64,000 nt of DNA from an uncultured virus (IMG/VR IMGVR_UViG_3300025277_000015) (IMGVR_UViG_3300025277_000015); one strand, 5' to 3'. Positions 9,724 to 20,561 are shown, numbered from the stretch's first letter. Notes: generated by a model not told the origin, from the sequence alone. Numbers and translations are program-made.

Positions 9724-12700
9724 ATGCCATTATATTCTATAGAAGGCCCAGGCGGTAAAACTTATGAAATAGAAGGCCCAGAAAACGCGACGCGAGATCA
9801 GGTCATACAGGCTATACAAGCTAAGTTAACACCCGAACAGCCGTCAGCAGAAGATGCACTAGAAGATTATTTACAGGCTAGGGCAGATGCAGAGAATGCT
9901 AAACGTACTGCTCTTGGACGTGGGTTTCGTCGTAGTGTAGACTTAACTGGAGAAGGTATAGGCTCTGCTTTAGAGGGGGTAGGTAGTGTTTTAGGACTTG
10001 AGGGTCTTGAAGAATATGGCGCTGAAATGGCGTTAGAGAACGAGGCTCAACTACAACGTGCAGAAGCATCAGCTACAAGACGGCAAGACGTAGAGGGTCT
10101 TGGTACAGGGTTAAGTTACTTTGGAGAAACTTTAGCAGAGTCTTCAGTTCCTATGGGTGTTGGTATTGGCACAGGTGCGCTTACGGGAGCACTTGTTGGA
10201 GGAGGTATACCTGGAGCTCTTATTGGCGCAGGAGCAGCGGCACTATCACAACTACCTTTATTTTATGGTTGGAACCGTCAACGACAGAAAGAAGCAATAG
10301 AACAAGGAATTAAGACAGAAGTAAGCGAAGGTGCAGCGTTTTTATCTGCAATACCACAAGCAGCGGCAGAAGGTATTGTTGACCGTTTGTTAGTTGGAGG
10401 ATTTTTTGCGACGCCGTTAATGAAACAAGGGGGCGTGCTTACAAGAATAGGTAAAGGGTCAGTCAGAGGTGCAGCGGCTGAAGTACCTACTGAGATAGGA
10501 CAACAAGTTATTGAGCGTGCCCAAGCAGGATTATCGTTGACTAGCGATGAGGCTATTAGTGAGTATATAGACGCAGGTGTAGCAGCAGGTATGATCGGTA
10601 GCACTGTGGGTGCAGCAGGTAATATACGAGCAACTACACCAGAAATGCGAGAAGAAGCTCGAAGAACAGCAGCTCAAGAAAAAATCGCAAGGCTAGAAAC
10701 TGAAGTTGAACCAGACCCAACAGATGAAATATTAGCTATACAAGGGCCGCCAGAAATGCAAGGCCCTCCAGATAGACCTACAGCTTTACCAGCGCCAGGC
10801 ACTCCTGCTGTTATACGCGTTGATACAGAGGGTAAAGCAAAAACAAGCGAAGAGTTATCTGTTGAACGTGATGAAGGCATAAAAATTGCAGAGCGTGCAA
10901 GGCAAGAAATACGTAGGACTGGCGAAGTATCATCTAAAACTATGCAGGATTTACGTAACGCTAACATACCTCTTGAGTCTGTAAGTAAGGTACTAGAACA
11001 AACAAGAATGGAGCCTAGTTTAGCTAAACCTTTAAAAGGAGAAGCCGATGCAGATATTGGAGAGCCTATCACAACAGGAAGTAGAGCTAGCGTTCAAGAT
11101 GTTATATCAACGAGAGACGATAAGGATGCCAAGGAGCCTGATGCACCTGAAGAGGCAAGAGTGGACAGCCCTGAGCCTAGCGTTAGACCTGCTGTTGATA
11201 CAGAAGTCACTGGAGACGATACATTAGAGGTTACACCGAAAGAAGGTGAAGCAGCCGTAGATTTTCTCGCAAGAAAAAGAGAAGCAGAAAAAACAAAAAC
11301 TCCAGTTGAAGAAGAGCCTATATTTAAAGATGAAACAGTAACTAGTCTTTCAGCGTTGACTCGTAATCAACAGGCTAATCTTGATGTAGTAGCAAGAAAA
11401 CTTGAAGCAGGTGAAATAAGTAGAGCTGAAGCAAATCAAAGAGCGGTAGACATTAAAACAGGCAGAGTCCCAGCTCAAGTTCAAACCGCTAGAGAATTAA
11501 AAACTGAAGAAGTTCAAGCAGCAGAGATTAAAAGAGATGAAGCTCAGTTAGCTGAAATAGCTGTAGGAGAACAGGCAGGGCTCGACGCTTCGGCAAGGAA
11601 AGACGTTGAAAAACAAGCATCTTTAGAGAGTATAAACGCAACTAAAGCAGCGTTTGATAAACAAGATAAACGAGGGCGAAGAACTAGATTACAGAGATAC
11701 GAAGAAGAGTTTTCTACTGTAGCCACAGACCCATATGATAGAGGGACTAAAGGCGGTGCGTTAGATTCTTCAGACTTAAAAAAAGTACAAGACCTTGTAA
11801 CAGGTGCTACTTTACCTAAATCTAATCCGTTGTTTAAAGTACAAGAGCGGTTACGAAAAGCTCCTTATCCTGCAGATGTGTTGCTAGATGACGCACCACA
11901 TGAAATATCGGCAAAGGTAAAAAGAACACAGAAATCTTCTACTAAAGATCCAAAAACAGGTAAAGAAACTGTAACCGAGTTAGATGCCGCGCTTAATGAA
12001 AGAATGCAGAACTCAGTTGAAGCATCAGCGCTTTCCATAGAAAAATGGGTTAACGAGAATTTATCTGAAAAAGCTAAAGAAAAATTTGCAGCTCAAAAAA
12101 GAGAAGAAGTAAGAACTCTTAAAGCACAAGCAGATTATATAAAAAGACGAAAAACAAGCGAAGACCAGGTAATTATAAACGATAATAACATTAACATTGA
12201 GAATGAAAGAGCTAAGTTTGAAGCGGGTGAGATAACTGAGGCGCAACTTAATAAAAATATAGACCGTATTAGAGAAAAATCTGCGTTGAAAAAATTACCT
12301 TTAGATTCGGTATCAAACTTAGATACTCCTATGCACCCCGTGGTTGTAGAAATGTTAGCCGCAGGTAATCTTGAAGCTGCACTTAAAGGACTATCGATCA
12401 CGAGCCAAAGTAAACGCGTCAGTGCATTAGCGAAAGTACTTGCTAACAACATAGGAACTACAAAACTTGAAATAGTAGAAGATTTAGATTCTGCAGGTGT
12501 ATTTGATCCTAGAACAAACACTATAAGTTTAAATTCAACAGAGGGTTTAAACACGCACACGTTACTACATGAGATGATACATGCGGTTGTATCTGCCAAG
12601 TTAAGCGACAAATCTAACCCCACAACAGCACAGCTTAACACGTTATTTAAAAAGGTTAAGGGTTTAATCCCAACTGCTCGTGGCAGTACCAACTTAGATG

Positions 12701-15700
12701 AGTTTGTTTCTGAAGCTATGAGCAACCCAGAGTTTCAATCAACACTGGCATCAATAAATATTCAAGGTGAACCCGTAAGTGTATACCGTAGATTTATGAA
12801 TATAATAGCGAACTTTGGGCGTAAGTTAGTAGGAGCGCCTACAGTATCACTAACTTACATACCTAACATAAATGACTCTCTTAAAGGTTTAGATGTGTTT
12901 TCTGCAATAGATACGTTAGTACAAGGTGATAACTTGTTTGACGCTCTTATAGCTCCTGCACCTGAGTATAGAAACGCAGACATGTTACTACTAAACGCAA
13001 CTGCGGGCGGTGTAAACGAGATGGCAAAAGCGTTTGGTACTATACAGAAAAAAATTAACAGCTACGACGGTGTAAAGAGTTTTGGGAATAGTATGTTTGA
13101 CATTCTAAAAAACTTAAGAAAAAGTCCTAGAGTAGGTATTTTAAAGATATTAGGTACACAAGCTTTGGCAGACGTAGCAGAAAAAGCTGGGTTTGGTAAA
13201 CTAGCTGAAAATCTACACATAGCAATAGAAGAACAACGTGGAGCTATGATGGAGTCCGATGCGGCACTAGATGTAGTGATGCGCGATCTCGCTAACTTTA
13301 GGAAAGATAACCCTAAACTTAAAGTGGTTATGGATAAACTTATTTATGATGCAGATTATGGTAGTACCATAAATCAAGTAGACCCACTTCTTTCACAGGC
13401 TGATGCTGAAGCACAATATCTTAGGTATAAATTTGAATATTTAAACGACAAGGGAGACTTAAAAACTAAGTCATTTAAAACTAAAAAAGATAGAGATGCC
13501 GAGTATAAAAAATTTACAGACCCTAAGTATGAGGCAGAAAAACTTAATCCTGAATCTGAAAAGATGGATATATGGAAATTACAACAAAAAGAATTAAATA
13601 AACTTAACCCTGCGGATAGAAAAAAACTGTTAGCTCAGTACACCGCATTACGTAATACGTATAGAAACATGTACGAGAAGTTAAAAGACGTACTCTTTGG
13701 TCGTGTAGACGCCGCGTTAGCAGAAGATCCTGACGCTGCTAAAAAGTTAAAAAGTAGTGTGTTTAAAAAAATATTTAGAGCAAACACTTTAGCTGTGTAT
13801 TTTCCGCTTACGCGTGAAGGTAACTTTAAACTAACCTATGCATACAAAAGCGTAGATGAAGCGCCAGAGTCTGAAGCTAACCCGTCTTACGTAGTACGCA
13901 TGTTTAAGAGCGAAACAGAAAGAGATAGAGCGGCGGCAGAAATAAGAAAAGATAATAAGTTTGAAAGAGTTGAAACTAGCGACGGTGATTTTAAAGAAGC
14001 GCATTTTGAGAACGCTCCCTCATTCTCATTCGTAGGTAAAACATTAGACGCGTTAAAAAAAGGAGATGTTAAGGAAGATGTAAGAACAGAAATTGTTCAG
14101 TTGTTTATTGATACTTTACCTGAAACTTCTTTTGCTAAATCATTTAAAAAACGTGAAAATATTGAAGGGTTTATAGAAGATTCTTTAGATGCTTTCCGTA
14201 TAAAAGCTTATGACTTAGGGCGTCAAACTGAACGTCTAGTTCATGGTAAACGTATTAAAGATATAGAACAACAAATAAGCGGTTTAAAAGTACCTGATCC
14301 TGCAGCGATGAAAGCCGAGAGCATTGTAGGTAGAGGCACTGAGGCCATCACCGCATCATTTGCCGACCTAAAAAAGGAGTTGCTGCAGAGAGGGGGTTTT
14401 GCACGTAACCCTCCTAGCGAACCTCTTATGAAAAAAGCTAATCAGTTTGCGTTTATATACACCATTGGGTTTAACGTATCCTCTGCCATAGTTAACACAT
14501 CTCAAGTACCGTTGTTTGTGCTCCCATATCTCGGCGCTAAGTACGGATACCAACAGAGCGCATCTGACCTTACAAATGCAGGTAGGCTTGTTGGAGGAGC
14601 AAAAAATAATATACTAGCGATGTACGATAGAAATGAACAAGGTGATTACGTAGTAAAAAGTGATATACCTAAAAACCTTAAAGCAGAATACGAGCTTATG
14701 AAACCCGCCGTGCAGATGGCAGCGAAGCGTGGTCTACTAACAACATCATTCTTAAAGGATGCTTTAGGTCTTGATGAGTCAGGCAGGAAACGTACCATTG
14801 GAGATAGTATTTCTTCCATGTCGGCTTTTTTCTTTAACCACGCAGAACGTTTTAACCGCCAAACTACAATACTTGGGGGGTATAATTTAGAGCTTGAGAA
14901 GTTGATGGGTAAATATAAACCCAACGATAAACAAAGTAGAACTGAGTATCTTCTAGGCGCTACAACAGAACAGAAAACAGCCGCCGCTAAAGAGGCAATA
15001 CGCCAAGCACAAGAAACCAACGGTGGAGCAGTGTTAGAAACAGCCCCCGCCCTTACACAAAAAGGTATTGGTAGAGTTGCGTTTATGTATAAGAGCTACG
15101 GACTTCAGATGTATTACACTATGTTGAAGTCTGCAAAAACTATGATGGACTCTGACATGAACGCTGAACAGCGTAAGATCGCGGCTAAACAATTAGCAGG
15201 TGTTCATGGCACAGCGTTATTCTTTGCAGGTGTTCATGGTGTACCGCTCTACGGTGCGTTTAGTGTACTTTACAATTTACTTATCGCAGGTGAAGACGAT
15301 GATGATTTTGATACTGTTGTACGCAAAACAATAGGAGAGGGTTGGTATAAAGGTGTACCTGCTATGTCAGGCATTGACCCATCTAACCGTATAAGATTAA
15401 CAGGTCTATTATTACAAGAAAACAAGTTTGACAGAAACGCTGACTTAGAAGGTTTAATAGGGTTTCATCTTGGTGGCCCATTCTTAAGCAGTGCGAAGAG
15501 GATACAACGGGGTGCAAAAGATTTATATAACGGGGAATTAATGCGTGGTACAGAAAGTCTTCTACCTGCAGGTGTGGCAAATATGATGAAAGCGTTTCCA
15601 TTTATAGGCCGCATAGATGCAGAAGGTGGTTACAAAACCAGACGTGGCGATATTATCTACGATGATGTAAACGTGCTCGAACGTGCAGGACAGTTCCTTG

Positions 15701-16044
15701 GTTTTGCTCCTACGGGGTATATGTTAGAGCAAGAGCGAAACAATATTATCAAGGGTATAGACACCGCCATAAGTAAAAAACGTTCTAAGTTATTAAAACA
15801 ATACTACGTTGCTAAACGTATGGGTGACTTTGACGGCGCACGAGACGTAAGAAAAGAAATGCGTGCGTTTAGTAAGAAGCACAAAGAGGCCGCAATTACT
15901 GCCGAAACTATTGACCGTTCTATGAAGCAACACGCAAAAACATCTTTAGAGATGTACAACGGCATTCGTTTAAACCCACAAATGCGAGAGACTTTGAAAG
16001 ACAGTCGTAACGATTGGGATCGGGGTTTACGGTTGTTTGATTAA
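9724..16044 (+). CDS. Large polyvalent-type internal virion protein with a zincin-like metallopeptidase motif and a PLxRFG-like domain (2106 aa)
   Basis: LLHEMIHAV (HExxH at 12568-12582) followed by DEFVSEAMSNPEFQ. YFPLTREG at 13798-13821. Confidence 0.7.
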   Translation: MPLYSIEGPGGKTYEIEGPENATRDQVIQAIQAKLTPEQPSAEDALEDYLQARADAENAKRTALGRGFRRSVDLTGEGIGSALEGVGSVLGLEGLEEYGAEMALENEAQLQRAEASATRRQDVEGLGTGLSYFGETLAESSVPMGVGIGTGALTGALVGGGIPGALIGAGAAALSQLPLFYGWNRQRQKEAIEQGIKTEVSEGAAFLSAIPQAAAEGIVDRLLVGGFFATPLMKQGGVLTRIGKGSVRGAAAEVPTEIGQQVIERAQAGLSLTSDEAISEYIDAGVAAGMIGSTVGAAGNIRATTPEMREEARRTAAQEKIARLETEVEPDPTDEILAIQGPPEMQGPPDRPTALPAPGTPAVIRVDTEGKAKTSEELSVERDEGIKIAERARQEIRRTGEVSSKTMQDLRNANIPLESVSKVLEQTRMEPSLAKPLKGEADADIGEPITTGSRASVQDVISTRDDKDAKEPDAPEEARVDSPEPSVRPAVDTEVTGDDTLEVTPKEGEAAVDFLARKREAEKTKTPVEEEPIFKDETVTSLSALTRNQQANLDVVARKLEAGEISRAEANQRAVDIKTGRVPAQVQTARELKTEEVQAAEIKRDEAQLAEIAVGEQAGLDASARKDVEKQASLESINATKAAFDKQDKRGRRTRLQRYEEEFSTVATDPYDRGTKGGALDSSDLKKVQDLVTGATLPKSNPLFKVQERLRKAPYPADVLLDDAPHEISAKVKRTQKSSTKDPKTGKETVTELDAALNERMQNSVEASALSIEKWVNENLSEKAKEKFAAQKREEVRTLKAQADYIKRRKTSEDQVIINDNNINIENERAKFEAGEITEAQLNKNIDRIREKSALKKLPLDSVSNLDTPMHPVVVEMLAAGNLEAALKGLSITSQSKRVSALAKVLANNIGTTKLEIVEDLDSAGVFDPRTNTISLNSTEGLNTHTLLHEMIHAVVSAKLSDKSNPTTAQLNTLFKKVKGLIPTARGSTNLDEFVSEAMSNPEFQSTLASINIQGEPVSVYRRFMNIIANFGRKLVGAPTVSLTYIPNINDSLKGLDVFSAIDTLVQGDNLFDALIAPAPEYRNADMLLLNATAGGVNEMAKAFGTIQKKINSYDGVKSFGNSMFDILKNLRKSPRVGILKILGTQALADVAEKAGFGKLAENLHIAIEEQRGAMMESDAALDVVMRDLANFRKDNPKLKVVMDKLIYDADYGSTINQVDPLLSQADAEAQYLRYKFEYLNDKGDLKTKSFKTKKDRDAEYKKFTDPKYEAEKLNPESEKMDIWKLQQKELNKLNPADRKKLLAQYTALRNTYRNMYEKLKDVLFGRVDAALAEDPDAAKKLKSSVFKKIFRANTLAVYFPLTREGNFKLTYAYKSVDEAPESEANPSYVVRMFKSETERDRAAAEIRKDNKFERVETSDGDFKEAHFENAPSFSFVGKTLDALKKGDVKEDVRTEIVQLFIDTLPETSFAKSFKKRENIEGFIEDSLDAFRIKAYDLGRQTERLVHGKRIKDIEQQISGLKVPDPAAMKAESIVGRGTEAITASFADLKKELLQRGGFARNPPSEPLMKKANQFAFIYTIGFNVSSAIVNTSQVPLFVLPYLGAKYGYQQSASDLTNAGRLVGGAKNNILAMYDRNEQGDYVVKSDIPKNLKAEYELMKPAVQMAAKRGLLTTSFLKDALGLDESGRKRTIGDSISSMSAFFFNHAERFNRQTTILGGYNLELEKLMGKYKPNDKQSRTEYLLGATTEQKTAAAKEAIRQAQETNGGAVLETAPALTQKGIGRVAFMYKSYGLQMYYTMLKSAKTMMDSDMNAEQRKIAAKQLAGVHGTALFFAGVHGVPLYGAFSVLYNLLIAGEDDDDFDTVVRKTIGEGWYKGVPAMSGIDPSNRIRLTGLLLQENKFDRNADLEGLIGFHLGGPFLSSAKRIQRGAKDLYNGELMRGTESLLPAGVANMMKAFPFIGRIDAEGGYKTRRGDIIYDDVNVLERAGQFLGFAPTGYMLEQERNNIIKGIDTAISKKRSKLLKQYYVAKRMGDFDGARDVRKEMRAFSKKHKEAAITAETIDRSMKQHAKTSLEMYNGIRLNPQMRETLKDSRNDWDRGLRLFD

Positions 16045-16074
16045 AAAAACCGCCCGTGTCGGTAGCACGAGCGG
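16043..16074 (-). terminator. Rho-independent terminator at the convergence of the two arms
   Basis: Minus strand reads CCGCTCGTG-loop-CACGGGCGG followed by T7. Confidence 0.75.
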
Positions 16075-16122
16075 CCTAGTTAGGGTGGAGAGTGACAGTT
16101 ATTTCCTGTCTTTCCCTCTATA

Positions 16123-16356
16123 TCACACAGTTCTCCATATGCGAACCCCTAATTTGTTATCCTCTACTCTGACCTGACTTTCAGTCTGCCAACCCCTCGC
16201 ATCGGTTATTTTTTTGGCTTGCTCTATCGCCGCCTGGGTATTGACACACAAGATAAACACAGAGGAACTTGTTACCATGTCATCCCAATTAACTATAATC
16301 CTTACCCCGTCAGGGCTGAGATCATTCGTCTTCAGTATCCCTTGTCTTATTCTCAT
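16123..16356 (-). CDS. Hypothetical protein (77 aa)
   Basis: Overlaps the 3' end of the primase gene and is the last gene before the terminator. Confidence 0.65.
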   Translation of the reverse strand: MRIRQGILKTNDLSPDGVRIIVNWDDMVTSSSVFILCVNTQAAIEQAKKITDARGWQTESQVRVEDNKLGVRIWRTV

Positions 16357-19078
16357 TCTCTATCGAACAGTCCACAGCTATTACCCATGTTGGGGGTAAG
16401 TTCATATGCGTGCCCCTACTTAGACGCATCTTTACTTTAGTAGCGCCCAGCTTGCTTGTAAGGTCATGTATAAACGAGTTATAGTTTATTTGTTGTTCTC
16501 CGCACCATAGCTTTAGTGGTTTCACAACAAGGTACGCACGTTTCAAATCAGTCTCGTATCGTGCAACTAACTTACCCCTTGGGAGCGCCTCTGGGATAAC
16601 GAGTGACGTAACACCGTCATCTTGCTTACGGAGGTCATCAGTGCTCTTAATCCACAGCACATTGCTCCAATGCTCATGTATGTAATCGTTTAGTGTTTCT
16701 TCGACAGATATGCTCATGTCTGCTACCTGACGCTTGTTCTCTTTTAAACGCTCTATAATCCATGAGAAGACCTTTGAGGTGTCATATTGGATAAGCCCTG
16801 CACGTTTTGCCATTATCAGTCCGACAATCGTAGAGGTTGCAAGGACAGACCAATAACGGTTCTCAGCAGTTAGCCGTGCTTTGCGATCTACAACCTCTTG
16901 CACTTCCTCAAGAAGCTTAATCACTGCATCTAGGTTATTCATAATATATTGGATGTAGACCTCACCCGCATGACCGTAGTTATTCTGTATGGCGGTGCTA
17001 AAAGAATCTGTTTCTTCTTTTGTTTCAAAGTTTATACGGCTCACCCTACATTCTAGTATTCTCTGTGCCTCTGCTTTTGGCATGGCTTTTATGATACTAA
17101 TACGCTCTACAATGCTTGTGTTTCCTGTAGTTACAGCGAGTAGCTTCCAAGCATCGCCACGGGCACGTTCTGTGTTACTACCGCTAGACATACGTCCACG
17201 TTGGCGGCCACCCGTAAGTTGATAGGCAAGGTTTGATAACTCCTTACCGTGTGTGTTCGTCAGCTCATCCATGTACAGAGGTAAGTTATGATACACCTCA
17301 CCACGGTTCATCTTTGTGTTAAAGGTATCTCTTTCATGGATAATCAGGTCATCAGGGTTACCCCACACAGATATACCTGCTGACATTGCGGTGGTTTTAC
17401 CTACCCCTGACTCCTTACTGTATATATGTAATCCTGCACAATGTATGGGTAGAAACTGCATAAGAGGAGAACCAAAGGATGTACCCACTACAAATTGGTG
17501 TAGTTCAAAGTCATCTCGATTGTAAAAGTTTATCGCTTCCTTCCAAGCATCTAAAGAACCCTTTGGTTCGAACGAGGGAAACAACCCCGCAGTCTGGGAA
17601 GATGGTGGATTAAAATCTACCTTGTCTTTAAATATCTCTTGGTTACCAAGTATAAAAGACTCACAGGCGTCGTTAGCCCAACCAAACTGCCTATGTGCTT
17701 CATCTGCTTCCTTCTGTGACTGTAATTCGTTTACCCATGTTGTTGTGTATTGCATTAATTCATCCATCCTCGCTACTGCTATGCCTTGCATAGACAACTG
17801 TTTACGTAGTTCTTCCTTGGATGTTACTGCCGTAAGCGGTACTGTGAACTCCCTTATACCGTCTTTTGGGAGATGTAACCGCATAACGATAGCCTCTCCA
17901 AGCTCTACATCCCTAAGCCTCCTAACAACGTACAGGTCGTTATGATATATCTGTCTATGTTCTTCCTCCCCGTCAGCACCTCTGACGCTTACATATATAC
18001 CGCCATTCTCTCCCCTAAAGTACGGTGCGGGGTAATCTGGTATATCTGGAGCGCTCTGCGCCTGTTTAACCACACGACCTAATGTTATAGGAGATTTTAT
18101 CTTGCCCCAATGTTTACAGTTTGTACAGACATCAGGGTTATATTCATCAAATCTATTGCAAAGGTACGGCCCTTTTATGAGAGATACCTTATCTTCTGTT
18201 AACTTCTCATCGTAACCTTCATGCCCTTTGGACATCAGTTCTATAGCTTTGTCGCTATCAGCACAGAACTTTGCTATGGATAACCCTGCTCTCCACATGG
18301 GCTCGCTTACAGTTTCTCTGTTCTGTATTATATTCTTTATCTGTTCGCACCCATTACCCTTCACAGTCTTAGATAGTATGACCTTAAACTCAGTATCAGA
18401 GTTATCCATAAACAAAGAAGCTACAGAGTTAGGCGTCATTTTCTTAGGTTGTGGTATAGCTTCCCCACCTAACAACTCAGAGAACTTATCAAAATCCACT
18501 AACTCATTTGTAGGCACGCCAATAAAACTTACTTCTTTTGCGACCCCGTTCTTATAGTTATGTGTGTTTGGTACGCGTAGTATCCTAGCAACATCGGCTG
18601 TGACCACAGGGTCAGCCAGTAGTTTATGATCTGCACATAGTTTCTTCAGACGTGTTGCTATAGGTAACCAGTCGTCAATCACCACTGATTCTGACAACAG
18701 CCAGTACACGTGCACTCCATTACCAGAACTCACCATAACAGGTTTAGGTAAAGATAGCGTCTTACAAAACCGAATCAGATCTGTCAGCGCATCCTTCTGG
18801 GTAGGGTATTCCTTACTCGGCCCACAATCTAGGTCAAGAAAGAATGACCTGATGTTCTTTACGTTATCTGCTTTACGTGATTGGCCTGTCTCAAACGTGG
18901 ACAACCCAAAGTATATATCAAATCCTTGCTCGTCTAGGTCTTTAGACGCGTCTACAACCGCATCTATTGAGGGGTATAGCTTCTGTATCCTACGCTCATC
19001 GCTAAAAGCACATACGCAGTAAAAGCCGTCGTCACCTAGTACCCTCTTTAAAAATGTTTTTGTTTCCATAATATCCAC
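16322..19078 (-). CDS. Primase-helicase (AEP-type primase N-terminus, DUF927-type P-loop helicase C-terminus)
   Basis: FFLDLDCG and SGNGVHVYW primase motifs, Walker A GVGKTT, Walker B LYMDE. The true start is probably the ATG at 19069. Confidence 0.85.
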   Translation of the reverse strand: MDIMETKTFLKRVLGDDGFYCVCAFSDERRIQKLYPSIDAVVDASKDLDEQGFDIYFGLSTFETGQSRKADNVKNIRSFFLDLDCGPSKEYPTQKDALTDLIRFCKTLSLPKPVMVSSGNGVHVYWLLSESVVIDDWLPIATRLKKLCADHKLLADPVVTADVARILRVPNTHNYKNGVAKEVSFIGVPTNELVDFDKFSELLGGEAIPQPKKMTPNSVASLFMDNSDTEFKVILSKTVKGNGCEQIKNIIQNRETVSEPMWRAGLSIAKFCADSDKAIELMSKGHEGYDEKLTEDKVSLIKGPYLCNRFDEYNPDVCTNCKHWGKIKSPITLGRVVKQAQSAPDIPDYPAPYFRGENGGIYVSVRGADGEEEHRQIYHNDLYVVRRLRDVELGEAIVMRLHLPKDGIREFTVPLTAVTSKEELRKQLSMQGIAVARMDELMQYTTTWVNELQSQKEADEAHRQFGWANDACESFILGNQEIFKDKVDFNPPSSQTAGLFPSFEPKGSLDAWKEAINFYNRDDFELHQFVVGTSFGSPLMQFLPIHCAGLHIYSKESGVGKTTAMSAGISVWGNPDDLIIHERDTFNTKMNRGEVYHNLPLYMDELTNTHGKELSNLAYQLTGGRQRGRMSSGSNTERARGDAWKLLAVTTGNTSIVERISIIKAMPKAEAQRILECRVSRINFETKEETDSFSTAIQNNYGHAGEVYIQYIMNNLDAVIKLLEEVQEVVDRKARLTAENRYWSVLATSTIVGLIMAKRAGLIQYDTSKVFSWIIERLKENKRQVADMSISVEETLNDYIHEHWSNVLWIKSTDDLRKQDDGVTSLVIPEALPRGKLVARYETDLKRAYLVVKPLKLWCGEQQINYNSFIHDLTSKLGATKVKMRLSRGTHMNLPPTWVIAVDCSIENENKTRDTEDE

Positions 19079-19087
19079 CCACTAGTG

Positions 19088-19148
19088 CCGAAAGACACCA
19101 CGACTGGACATCGGCAGATATCCTTTTCGGTATAAACCTAGTCGTGGC
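19088..19148 (-). ncRNA. Candidate structured cis-regulatory RNA in the primase 5' leader
   Basis: 9-bp closing stem (19097-19105 with 19140-19148) encloses a 7-bp hairpin and a 3-bp hairpin. Confidence 0.5.
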
Positions 19149-19164
19149 GGAGTTCCATTGAGAC

Positions 19165-19875
19165 TTAATCGTCCCAAGCATCGAGTACGGAACTCAAGTC
19201 GTCTTCCGCCGTGGGTGGTGGTGGAGCGGGCTTTTTAACAACTTTCTTTGGTTCTTTTACTGGTTCTTCATCAAAGTCATCTACAGGTTCAGCAATGCTT
19301 ACCACGTTAGACTTCTCAGCAGTCTTAGTAAAAGGATTAGCATCTTCTATGGTGAAGCCACCATCTACTTTACCAAACGGATTGTACTCACTTCGTTCAG
19401 AAAGCTTGATAACTTGTACAGCACGTAACCTTAAGTTTACAGAATTTTGACCGTAACCTTTATACGGGTTAAACTGCACGGCAACATTGACTGTACTACC
19501 TGTCGTTAGTTGAAAATCAGCAGGTAACTTGTTACCCTGGGAATCTAATTGCATAGGAGGTTTAGATAAACCCGAACTATACTTACCTTTTAGGTTAGCT
19601 TTGTAGGTATAAGTGCCATCATCATCTTTAATGAAAGGGTTTGATAGTTTCTCATCCCAGTCTTTCTCCCTGTTAGCTTGGTAGCTTTTTGACATAGCCA
19701 TAAACAATTTCTTCGCTGTCTCGTTATCCATACGAAACTGTATAGAATACTCTGCGTCTTTTTCTGAAGGGTCACAGGGCATACTTCTACCTATTGGCTT
19801 TGGTTTAAACACATAGGTGGTGTCAATTTTAGGCCATAGGGCTTCTACATTCTCAATAATATACATCTCAGTCAT
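19165..19875 (-). CDS. Single-stranded DNA-binding protein-like (T7 gp2.5/DUF2815-like)
   Basis: GSTVNVAV...NLRLRAVQVIKL core and an acidic tail ending in AWDD, within the replication module. Confidence 0.7.
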   Translation of the reverse strand: MTEMYIIENVEALWPKIDTTYVFKPKPIGRSMPCDPSEKDAEYSIQFRMDNETAKKLFMAMSKSYQANREKDWDEKLSNPFIKDDDGTYTYKANLKGKYSSGLSKPPMQLDSQGNKLPADFQLTTGSTVNVAVQFNPYKGYGQNSVNLRLRAVQVIKLSERSEYNPFGKVDGGFTIEDANPFTKTAEKSNVVSIAEPVDDFDEEPVKEPKKVVKKPAPPPPTAEDDLSSVLDAWDD

Positions 19876-19905
19876 TTTTCGCTCTCCTTAAGAGGTTTAG
19901 GGGTT

Positions 19906-20169
19906 TTATATATCGTCGTCTAAATCAATATCAGCAACGATATCGGTTGGTTCTTCGAAGTGTTGCTCCCACTTATTAGCAGGTTCACTTTCTTTCTCTT
20001 TATTAGTTAAAGCATGAGACACATCACTCACGTTAAACCTATAAGTATTACCTATTTTAATGTAGGTATCTTTAGGTATGTGGTTCTGTCTTACCCACGC
20101 TCGTACAGTAGATATGGAAACAGAGAAATGTTTCGCCACATCTTCGATTGGTACAAATGGTTCACTCAT
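19906..20169 (-). CDS. Excisionase/MerR-like helix-turn-helix DNA-binding protein
   Basis: IEDVAKHFSVSISTVRAWVR HTH plus a KIGNTYRF wing. Confidence 0.8.
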   Translation of the reverse strand: MSEPFVPIEDVAKHFSVSISTVRAWVRQNHIPKDTYIKIGNTYRFNVSDVSHALTNKEKESEPANKWEQHFEEPTDIVADIDLDDDI

Positions 20170-20561
20170 TATTTCTTCCTTACAGAAATTACATATTCCT
20201 TATCGATGTTTAAACCATCAGGAACTGTGTTTGGGTTTTCTTCTAGGAACTGCTTAATATTGCTCGTGTTAAGACGCTTGTCAAGAAACTCTGGCACATT
20301 ATGCTCTAATATAAATTTATGCATAGCCTCCCAATCGCTTGTCCAATACTTCGTCTTAGTAGATCTAAAAAACAATCCCGCAGAAGTTCTTACGCTTTCC
20401 AAACCGTGGTTCTCACAGTAGTCAAGCAATGCTCGTTTGAGAACGTCTTGTTGTCTCACAAGTTTATCGTCCTCTGCCTTAAATTTTGCTGATAGCGCTG
20501 ACCTCTCGGCACGTATCTTTATGTATGCACTGGTCATCTTTTCAGCCGTAGCGTCGCTCAT
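20169..20561 (-). CDS. Phage protein of unknown function with an N-terminal coiled coil (130 aa)
   Basis: AAGGAG RBS and coupling to the HTH gene. Confidence 0.7.
   Translation of the reverse strand: MSDATAEKMTSAYIKIRAERSALSAKFKAEDDKLVRQQDVLKRALLDYCENHGLESVRTSAGLFFRSTKTKYWTSDWEAMHKFILEHNVPEFLDKRLNTSNIKQFLEENPNTVPDGLNIDKEYVISVRKK

Noticed and set aside
19088..19148. Three-way junction as a hammerhead ribozyme
   Set aside because: GAAA is present but the CUGANGA core is missing.
19906..20169. Excisionase-like gene as evidence of an integrated prophage
   Set aside because: No integrase, att site or host flank is visible, and the sequence closes into a circle.
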